In this document: one piece after another, positions 43,435-51,400 of the stretch | Layout of the letters: every line of letters begins with the position of its first letter | Numbering within the stretch: the first letter of the stretch is position 1 | Source: a virus | IMG/VR virus record: IMGVR_UViG_3300045988_178894 | Span: 1 to 59,540 of that record | Reading direction: 5' to 3' (one strand) | DNA: 59,540 nucleotides | The notes under the pieces: generated by a model | The model's input: only the letters and a program-made list of their open reading frames with translations | Told to the model about the DNA's origin: nothing | The model's database searches: none | Translations under genes and position numbers: made by a program

Positions 43435-44652
43435 ATGATTCAGGGCAGGATCTGCGAGAACCGCAACGAGTTCGCCCACCACCTCGACCTGGCGCTCAAG
43501 GGCGTGCCCTCCTCGCAGGGCGTCGTCAAGGAGACCGTCATGATGACCCTCGGCCTGGCGCCCAGGGTCACCGAGGCCGTCACCTCCGACATGGTCGCCG
43601 GGTGGTTCACCTCCGTCGCCCAGGGCGCCTTCGAGAGCCAGTACGCCGAGCAGACCACCACCTGGGAGAAGTTCGCCTCCACCGAGGCGCTGCCCTCCTT
43701 CCGCCCCACCCAGCTCTACGAGCTCGACCACGACATCGACGCCACGCTCCTGCGCGACAACGGCGGCGAGGTCGTCGTCCCCCAGACGATGCCGCGCATC
43801 CCCGAGCTCACCCCTTACCCCACCTTCGGGTACCGGGCCTCCGGACGCTGGGTGGAGGTGCACAAGGAGGGTGTGCGCCTCCAGATGTCCTGGGAGGCGT
43901 TCATCAACGACAACTGGAACATCATCGCCCAGTTCCCCAAGGACGCCGCGTTCCTGGCCTCGCGCACCGTCGACGCCGCCGTCTACGGCGCCCTGTTCTC
44001 CCTGGACGCCGCCGCGCCCGGCTTCAACACGAGCATCATCGCCGACGCCAATGCCACGGTCCTCCAGGCCCGCACCGCCGACGGCGCCTACGTGCTGCGC
44101 GACGTGCCGAAGAACTCGCCGCTGACCTTCGAGGCCCTGTGCGCCGCCATCTGGCAGGTGCGCCACACCAAGGTCAACGGCCGGTACATCCAGGTGCCCA
44201 AGTTCGTCCTGCTCGTGCCCCCGACCCTCAAGCCCATGGCCGACATGGTCACCTCCATGACGTCCATCGAGCACAAGGAGAAGGACGCGGCCGGGGCGAC
44301 GTCGAACAAGACGATCCTGTCGACCACGCCGACGGCGGGCGTGGAGGTCGTCGAGTCCGACATGGTCGGCCTGCTCGGCGGGCCCACCCAGGGCGACACC
44401 AACTGGATCCTGGCCCCGGCCGGTGGCCGCACCGCCGCACGGCGCACCATCCTGCGCACCACGCTGATGGGCATGGAGGGCGTCGAGCTGCGGGCCGCGG
44501 CCAACCAGGGCACGTCTCTGGGTGGCGGGGCCCTGTCGGCCACCTCCGGTTCGTTCGACAACGACGACATCCAGTTCCGCGCCCGCATGGTCACCGGTGG
44601 CGCCGTCCTGCACACGGACGGCATCGTCGCCTCGACCGGCCTGGGCGCCTGA
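43435..44652 (+). CDS. major capsid protein
   Basis: 405 aa. SD GAAAGGAG. Followed by the strongest intrinsic terminator in the window. Position in the head module. Confidence 0.75.
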   Translation: MIQGRICENRNEFAHHLDLALKGVPSSQGVVKETVMMTLGLAPRVTEAVTSDMVAGWFTSVAQGAFESQYAEQTTTWEKFASTEALPSFRPTQLYELDHDIDATLLRDNGGEVVVPQTMPRIPELTPYPTFGYRASGRWVEVHKEGVRLQMSWEAFINDNWNIIAQFPKDAAFLASRTVDAAVYGALFSLDAAAPGFNTSIIADANATVLQARTADGAYVLRDVPKNSPLTFEALCAAIWQVRHTKVNGRYIQVPKFVLLVPPTLKPMADMVTSMTSIEHKEKDAAGATSNKTILSTTPTAGVEVVESDMVGLLGGPTQGDTNWILAPAGGRTAARRTILRTTLMGMEGVELRAAANQGTSLGGGALSATSGSFDNDDIQFRARMVTGGAVLHTDGIVASTGLGA

Positions 44653-44658
44653 TAGACG

Positions 44659-44703
44659 CCCCGCCCCTCGGGTTGCAGGCAGAGATCCGAGGGGCGGGGT
44701 TTT
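44659..44703 (+). terminator. intrinsic terminator
   Basis: ccccgcccctcgg / ccgaggggcgggg is a perfect 13-bp stem followed by tttt. Confidence 0.8.
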
Positions 44704-44728
44704 CCGTATCGAGTAGGAGGGGAAGAAA

Positions 44729-45109
44729 GTGCCTGTGGCGTTTGACACAAATGTGGGTAGGGTAAGGCTTCTTATCCCCGACATCGAGGAACGCTCCGAC
44801 CCCCGCGACCTGCGCCAGCCCCCCTCCTACCTGTTCACCGACGAACAGATCCAGGCCTTCCTCGACATCAACAACGGCAACGTCAAGCGCGCAGCCGCCG
44901 ATGCCGTCCGCGTCATCGCCACCACGCAGTCCCTCCTGCTCAAAGTCCTGTCCACCGACGACAAGTCCACCGACGGGGCCAAGCTCGGCGCCGAACTGCG
45001 CGCCCAGTCCAAGCGCCTCATGGACGAAGCCGACTCCGACGACAAGCGCTCCATCGGGTTTGACATCGCCGAATGGACCCCCCAGCCCCAGGACTACGCA
45101 TGGCACTGA
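44729..45109 (+). CDS. head-tail connector/adaptor protein
   Basis: GTG after GTAGGAGGGGAAGAAA. First gene after the capsid terminator. Function called by synteny. Confidence 0.55.
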   Translation: MPVAFDTNVGRVRLLIPDIEERSDPRDLRQPPSYLFTDEQIQAFLDINNGNVKRAAADAVRVIATTQSLLLKVLSTDDKSTDGAKLGAELRAQSKRLMDEADSDDKRSIGFDIAEWTPQPQDYAWH

Positions 45110-45609
45110 GCTCACTCGCCTTCAAGGACCCCCACTTCGACTCCGCCGCCTACGACTTCCTGTCGCTGCTGTGCAACAGCCTCATCGCCATCTACCCCCC
45201 GGCCGTCGGCAACGGCGAAGGCGAAGAGGACACCTGGGTGCCCGGAACCGGCGTCGTCAAGAAGAAGGTCGACCCCATTTGGCGCGGCTGGGCCGCCATC
45301 ACCCCCAACAAGGACTGGCGCGCCCGCAACCGTCGCCAGTCCTACGAGGACACCGCCACCCACGCCTACCGCGTCCAGCTATGGCACATCGACAAGAACC
45401 TCCTCGTGCCCGCCGAGCAGTGGGGCGACCGGACCAAGCGGATTCGACTCGACTTCAACCAGCGCCTCCGTGTCGAGAGGCACGACACCGACCCCCAGCT
45501 GGAGGGGATGGCCATGGTCATCCGCAACCCCGTCACCGACTCCGACTGGTGGCAGCCCACCCTCCTGTGCGACGTCTCCGTCAACGACCTGCGGGGGGAG
45601 GGCTGGTGA
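45100..45609 (+). CDS. head closure / head-tail joining protein
   Basis: ATG 45100 (MALSSLAFKD) overlaps the upstream gene end. Function called by synteny. Confidence 0.5.
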   Translation: MALSSLAFKDPHFDSAAYDFLSLLCNSLIAIYPPAVGNGEGEEDTWVPGTGVVKKKVDPIWRGWAAITPNKDWRARNRRQSYEDTATHAYRVQLWHIDKNLLVPAEQWGDRTKRIRLDFNQRLRVERHDTDPQLEGMAMVIRNPVTDSDWWQPTLLCDVSVNDLRGEGW

Positions 45610-46046
45610 AACCCGACATCGAGATCCACGGTCAGGTTGTAGGGCCCCGCGACGTGCGTAGGGCGCTGCGCGCCACCGAAGAGAAAGCGCTCCGCCAAGC
45701 CCTGGCCGACACCCGCCGCACCGTCGACAAGGCCGTCCTCGCCGCTGTCGAAGCCATCCTGAACACCGTCGACACATCCGGCGCCGGGATGCCCTATAAG
45801 CACAACCCGAACACCGACGCCCGCGTCCACACCGGGGCCATGCGCGGCTCCGTCGGTGCCAGGTGGGAGAAGGACGACCCCAGCGGCGTGGCCGTCTTCA
45901 TCGGCTTCGTCGAAGGGCCCGACTACACCGTCTTCCAGGAGGAAGGCACACGCAAGCTGCGGGCCATGGCCTCGCTCGCCAAAGCACGGGCCATCGTCGA
46001 AGACGCCCTCGACAGCCACGGCAACCTCGTGGAGGCGACCAAGTGA
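45606..46046 (+). CDS. HK97 gp10-like tail-completion protein
   Basis: GTG in a GTGA overlap. Function called by synteny and size. Confidence 0.5.
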   Translation: MKPDIEIHGQVVGPRDVRRALRATEEKALRQALADTRRTVDKAVLAAVEAILNTVDTSGAGMPYKHNPNTDARVHTGAMRGSVGARWEKDDPSGVAVFIGFVEGPDYTVFQEEGTRKLRAMASLAKARAIVEDALDSHGNLVEATK

Positions 46047-46450
46047 ACGTCTACGAGGTTGACCAGGCGCTCATGGCGCACCTGAGGGGCATCCCCGGCC
46101 TGACCGTCGTCGAGGACGCCGTGCCTGGCGGAGCTGAGGGCAAGAGCGTCTACGCCGTCTTCTTCGGCGGCGACCTCACCCCCCGCGCCAAGGCGGTGTC
46201 GATGGCTTCGCCGAGGTACTCCGCCATGATGCACACCTTCGCCGTCCTCGTTGCCGCCCGCACCGCCTCTGTTCGCAACTCCGTGCGCGAAGAGGTCCGG
46301 AACAGGCTCGTGGGCTGGAGCGCCCCCGGTGTCGGACAGGTCCGCGAAACCGGGCAGCTCAACTCCTACGGAGACACCGACGCCACCATCCAGCCGCTCA
46401 AATATGCTTGCTACATGACGTTCCAGACCATGATCAGCGAGGCCGTCTGA
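46043..46450 (+). CDS. tail terminator-like protein
   Basis: GTG in a GTGA overlap. Function called by synteny. Confidence 0.5.
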   Translation: MNVYEVDQALMAHLRGIPGLTVVEDAVPGGAEGKSVYAVFFGGDLTPRAKAVSMASPRYSAMMHTFAVLVAARTASVRNSVREEVRNRLVGWSAPGVGQVRETGQLNSYGDTDATIQPLKYACYMTFQTMISEAV

Positions 46451-46659
46451 TGCCCCGCTACAGAACCCCTGAGGGGATCGTCGTGGAAAAGGACGAAGGC
46501 TACGCGCGGACGCTGCCCTCTCTGTTCGAGCCCGTACCACCCGACACCCCCCTGTCGCCACGAGAGTGCTGCGGGGGAACCGGGTGGATAGTCAACGGCC
46601 GGGTGGTACATCCCGGCGACCCTGTCAACTCCAAGGAGGAGAACAACCATGGCAGCTAG
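46450..46659 (+). CDS. hypothetical protein
   Basis: ATG overlaps the upstream TGA by 1 nt. 69 aa. Confidence 0.45.
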   Translation: MPRYRTPEGIVVEKDEGYARTLPSLFEPVPPDTPLSPRECCGGTGWIVNGRVVHPGDPVNSKEENNHGS

Positions 46660-47194
46660 CGCCGGAACCAAGATGATGCCCGGCAACATCACCGTCTGGT
46701 GGGTGCCCATCGAGAAGGCCGCCACTCCGGCCGAGGCCCTCAAGGCCGCCACCCTCAAGGACCCCGCCGTCGTCAACCTCTCGTGCGCCATCGTCACCGG
46801 CCTCACCCTCAACGCCACCGACTCCGAGACGGACTCCACGGCGTCGATCTGCGACACCGCGGGCGTGTCGACCCCGACCCGCGACGCCTACGAGGCCAAC
46901 CTGACGTTCTTCCGCCAGGACCTCGCCGCCGCCGACGCCGCGAACTCCGTCTTCACCAAGGCGTACGAGGCGTTCAAGAAGGGCGGCGCCAAGGCCAACA
47001 AGCGCGGCTGGCTGGTCAAGCGGGTCGGCTACCCGGTCGACACCGAGCCCGCCAAGGACCAGGAGGTCTCCATCTTCCTGGTCATGCCCGACAACCCGCA
47101 GGACGTGTCCTCGGACGCCACCACCCCCATCCAGTTCACCGTGCCCTTCCTGCCGCAGGGCACCATGATCCTCAACGAGAAGCTCACCGAGTGA
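46649..47194 (+). CDS. major tail protein
   Basis: 181 aa. SD AAGGAGGAG. Followed by a terminator and then the chaperone pair. Confidence 0.7.
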   Translation: MAASAGTKMMPGNITVWWVPIEKAATPAEALKAATLKDPAVVNLSCAIVTGLTLNATDSETDSTASICDTAGVSTPTRDAYEANLTFFRQDLAAADAANSVFTKAYEAFKKGGAKANKRGWLVKRVGYPVDTEPAKDQEVSIFLVMPDNPQDVSSDATTPIQFTVPFLPQGTMILNEKLTE

Positions 47195-47213
47195 TCGTTT
47201 GACGGATACACTT

Positions 47214-47245
47214 AACCCGGGTTCACGAGGACCCGGGTTTTGTGT
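47214..47245 (+). terminator. stem-loop followed by a T-rich stretch
   Basis: aacccgggt / acccgggtt is a 9-bp stem followed by ttgtgtt. Confidence 0.6.
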
Positions 47246-47269
47246 TCAAGAAGAGGAAGGCCCGCTGCC

Positions 47270-47911
47270 ATGGCTGACGACGACAAGAAGACGGCAACGA
47301 CCGAGGAGGACGAAGGCTTCGACCTGGGAGCCGCCCTCGACGGCGTGCGCCAGGCCACCAAGACCGTCAAGATCTACCTCGACGCCCAGGCCGCCGACAA
47401 GGCCTTCCAGCTCAACGGCGCCCTCCTGGAGGCCCGCGCCGACGCCAAGGACGGCGTCGAGCAGGTCATGTCGATCACCGAGGAGGCCCCCACTATCCGC
47501 CTGGAGCGCGAGCTCAAGGAGGCCATCACCGCCCTCGACGAGAAGGCCATGACCTTCCGCCTGAGGGCGCTGGCGTCCAAGGAGATGGACGTCATCAGGA
47601 ACGTCGTCGTCAACAAGATCAAGGCCCCCCGGAACCAGAACGAGGAGTCCGCCAACGAGTTCCGCAGGGAGCGTCAGGGCGTCCTCAACGAGTACTTCCT
47701 GTCGCACTCCGTCATCGACGTTGTCTTCCGCGGTAAGACGCGCAGGGGGCTCAGCCTCGACGACGCTAGGAAGCTGCATGAGGCGCTGCCCGCTTCCGAA
47801 TGGGACCGGCTGACGGATACGTTCCTGGAGGCCCAGGCCGCCCTCGGTGCCATGCAGCAGGTGATGGCCGACCCCACGTTTCGTTGGGCCCTGCCTGACG
47901 ACGCCGAGTAA
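47270..47911 (+). CDS. tail assembly chaperone (G-like)
   Basis: ATG 47270 (MADDDKK) after AGAGGAAGG. Position between the major tail protein and the tape measure. Confidence 0.7.
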   Translation: MADDDKKTATTEEDEGFDLGAALDGVRQATKTVKIYLDAQAADKAFQLNGALLEARADAKDGVEQVMSITEEAPTIRLERELKEAITALDEKAMTFRLRALASKEMDVIRNVVVNKIKAPRNQNEESANEFRRERQGVLNEYFLSHSVIDVVFRGKTRRGLSLDDARKLHEALPASEWDRLTDTFLEAQAALGAMQQVMADPTFRWALPDDAE

Positions 47912-48362
47912 TCAGCGCTTCCTCCTGGCGATCTCCACCGCCGTCGACAGCCACCTGCCCCCCACCCTGTACCTCGGCGGCTGGGGCGCATATGGGCGCA
48001 CCATCCCCAGGTGGGATGAGATTGCCGGCGGCTTCATCTCCGAGGAACTGCCTCAGGGTTATCGCAACAAGCTCGACGTCGCCCTGGAGCTCGGCTATGC
48101 CTTCTATAAGCAGTCGCTCTGTCAGCGCTGCGGCACCCCCGCCTGGTATGGGCGGTCCACGGACAGTCGCATCGACTTCGAAACTGAGGACATGGTGTGC
48201 TACGCCTGTCAGCATCTAGAGCAGGAGGAGAACCAGGAAGGCAAGAAGGGCAGCCGCAGGCCGGGCGTCACCAAGATCGTGCGGCCTGTCGGGGTGAAGT
48301 ACGAGGCGATCGGACGCCAGGATCCCCTGCCGCCGCCCTGGGAGACCATCCGCTCCCTGTAG
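47865..48362 (+). CDS. tail assembly chaperone extension (T-like), reached by frameshift from 47270..47911
   Basis: Strongly GC3-biased open frame (..QRFLLAISTAVDSHLPPTLYLGGWGAYGRTIPRWDEIAGG..). No ATG/GTG/TTG start until far downstream. It is the +1 frame relative to the G gene, open from 47865. Confidence 0.6.
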   Translation, partial: WPTPRFVGPCLTTPSNQRFLLAISTAVDSHLPPTLYLGGWGAYGRTIPRWDEIAGGFISEELPQGYRNKLDVALELGYAFYKQSLCQRCGTPAWYGRSTDSRIDFETEDMVCYACQHLEQEENQEGKKGSRRPGVTKIVRPVGVKYEAIGRQDPLPPPWETIRSL

Positions 48363-48408
48363 CTCCAGGCTAGAATGTTTGACGGGCGAACTAACGAAAG
48401 GGGCGACC

Positions 48409-51400
48409 GTGGCCGGAATGGGTGACCTCGGGTTCAAGGTCTTCGTCGACGCCTCCGGGGCCACCCAGGGGGCCAACGAGTACGAACAGGCCGCGGCCCG
48501 TGTTGCTCGCGCCACGCGCGCCATGGCCCAGGCCGCCAAGGGCGCCAAGTCCGCCGTACTTCAGAACGCCGTGTCGGGGCGCAACGGGTCCGAGTACCGG
48601 ACCATGATGAAGCAGATCGACGCCTACAAGGCTATGATCGACGTCACCCGCAAGCTCGCCGCCGCCAAGCGCGAGCTCCAGGACGTCGACATTAAGCAGG
48701 CCGCGCAGGACGTCCACGAGGCCGTCAAGGCGATGGCCCAGATCACCAAGACCACGGACTACATCGGCAGCCCCCAGCTGAACAAGGTCAAGGAAATGGT
48801 CGAGATGTACTCCAGGCTGGCCAACGCCGCCCGGGATCTCGCCAAGGCCAACCGTGAGCTGGAGGCCTCACAGCCCAAAGCCGCGGCCCCCAAGCCCGCC
48901 GACACCGGCTACGCCAAGTCTGACTTCGAGCGTCAGTCCGCCATCAGCCGGTACCAGTACCGGGCGTATGCCGCCAAGACCATCCAGAAGTCCGCCGGCT
49001 CCTCGGGTAACGACGTCACCCGGGCCATCCGCGACGAGACCGCCGCCTACAAGGACCTCGTCGACGCCATCGGCAAAGCCGCCGCTGCCGAAGAGAAGCG
49101 GGCCATCGACGCCGGAATCAGCCACGACCTTGCGCAGGCCAAACGACAGGAGGCCGAGGAGGCCAAGCGCCTGGCCGCCGCCGAACGCGAAGCCATCGCT
49201 ATCAGCAAGCAGGCGCGCGCGTTTGAAGCCACTCAGATCGCCCACACCGAGGCCAACATCAGTGCCAACAACAGGTACATCGAATCCCTGGAGGCCACCC
49301 GCTTCGCCGCCCAGGACTTGCGCAACTACCTCACCCTTCTGGCTGCTGGCATGGGCGCCCTGTTCACCGCCTCCGTGGCCGCCGCCGCCAGCCAGGAACG
49401 CGCTTTCGCCGACGTCGCCCGCACCACCCAGCTGTCCGCCCAGACAGCCGAAATGCGGGCTCTGTCGAACACCTACCACGACCTGTCCACCCAGATCTCC
49501 ACCACCTACGAGGACCTGTCGGCCATCGGATCACTCGGCGCCCAGATGGGCATCAGCGCCGACAAGCTCGGCGACTTCACCCACGCCGTCGCCGGGTTCA
49601 CCACCATTACGGGAACCAGTATCGACAGTGCCACCGAAGCGTTCGGCCGATTCTTCGAAATGGTGGACAACGCCGGTGTCGAAGCAGACCACTCCTCCGA
49701 GCGGTACATGAACTTCGCATCGCAGGTCGCCGAGCTCGGAGCCAAGTCCGTGGCCACCGAGTCCGAGATCCTCACCATGGCCAACTCGATCGCCGCCACC
49801 GCGGCGTCCGCCGGTGTCGGCCAGGACGCCATCCTCGCCTACGCCACCGCCATGGCATCCCTCGGGATCAAGCAGGAGTGGGCGCGCGGCTCCCTCCAGC
49901 GCGTCTTCGGGTCCATCAACGACGCCGTCGCCGAAGCCGGCGAGGGCCTCGATAAGTTCGCCACCGTCCTGGGCATGACCACGACGGAGGCGGAGAACCT
50001 GTGGCGCACCGACCCCTCCACGTTCTTCAACAACCTGCTCGCCTCCCTCAACAACGTCACCGACTCCGTTGAGCGTTGGACCATCATCAAGAACCTCGGG
50101 TTCAAGAACACCCGCGACATCCAGCTGCTCCAGCGGCTCAGCCTCAACATCGACCTGGTCAACGAGTCGTTCAAGAACTCCGCCGACGCCGCCCGCAACA
50201 CCCGGTTCCTCGACAACAGCCTGGGAACCCTCAACGACACGCTCACCGAAACCATCGCCCGGTGGAAGAACTCGCTGGCCAACCTGTCCGCCGCACTCGG
50301 TGGACCCTTCCTCACGCCTGTCAAAGCTCTCATCAAGGCCCTCACCTTCCTTCAGAACCTCCTGGCCAACATCGGTAACAACTCTTTCGGCCGGATCTTC
50401 ATGGTCGCCGCGGGCGGCCTCGCCGTCTTCGGCTCACTCCTGGCCGTGTCGAAACTGCTCCAGGTCGTCCTCCTCAACGTCGCCTCCTCCTACATCACCC
50501 TGCGCAAGAACATGATCGAAGCCGGCCTGTCCGGCTCGCTGTCGTGGGCCAACACCATCCGCCTGATCAAACAGGCCAACGCTGCCCTCAACGAGAACAT
50601 CGTCCTCACGGGCGCCCACAACCAGATGCAGAAGTCCTTCAACCTCGGCGACATGATCCGCGGCGCAGTCGACGGGGTTCGCAACATGGCGTCCGCCGCC
50701 AAGGCCGCCGTCACCAACACCGGCCTGCTCGGCATCGCCATGAACGGGGTGCGTGCCGCCGCCGCCGGGATCGCCTCCATGGGGCCTGTCGGCTGGATCG
50801 GCATCGCCTCCATCGCCATCCCCACCGTCATCGCCCTCTACAACGAATGGGCCGGCTCTGCTGAGAGAGCCAAACAGGCCACCGAGGACGCCCGCCGCGC
50901 CAACCTCGAAGCCTTCGGCGGGGCCGACGCCCTGGCCAAGGCCATCCTCCAGGACGCCCAGGAAGCTGCCGACGGAACCCAGCAGACCTTCGGCGCCCTG
51001 GAAGTCGCCGTCCAGGGGTCCGCCGACTCCACCAAGGACAGCGCCGACACCCTCTACTACTGGATCGACGCTTCCGGCAACCTCGTCCAGGCCACCAAGG
51101 ACCAGGCCGCCGCCCTGGGCTACTCCACCCTGGCGATCGGCGACCACACTGCCGCCCTCATCAAGGACGCCATTGCCAGCTCCGACGCCTTCAAGGCCCT
51201 GTCGGCAAATGACTTCAAGACGCTCACCGACCAGGGCTTCGACTGGAAGGAGTGGGCCAAGCAGTACGCCACCGGCGGCCAGGATGCCGCCAACTCCTAC
51301 ATCAACGGGTTCATCGAGACGCTCAAGGCCCGGAAGGACGAGATCTTCAAGGCCAACACGTACGAGGCGCGCACCTACTCCGGCCCCTACGACTACACCG

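Noticed and set aside
47992-48219. Track ORF in the -1 frame as the chaperone T-extension.
   Set aside because: Its product is Ser/Pro/Ala-rich and off-frame-like, with poor GC3. The +1 frame over the same DNA is clearly the coding one.
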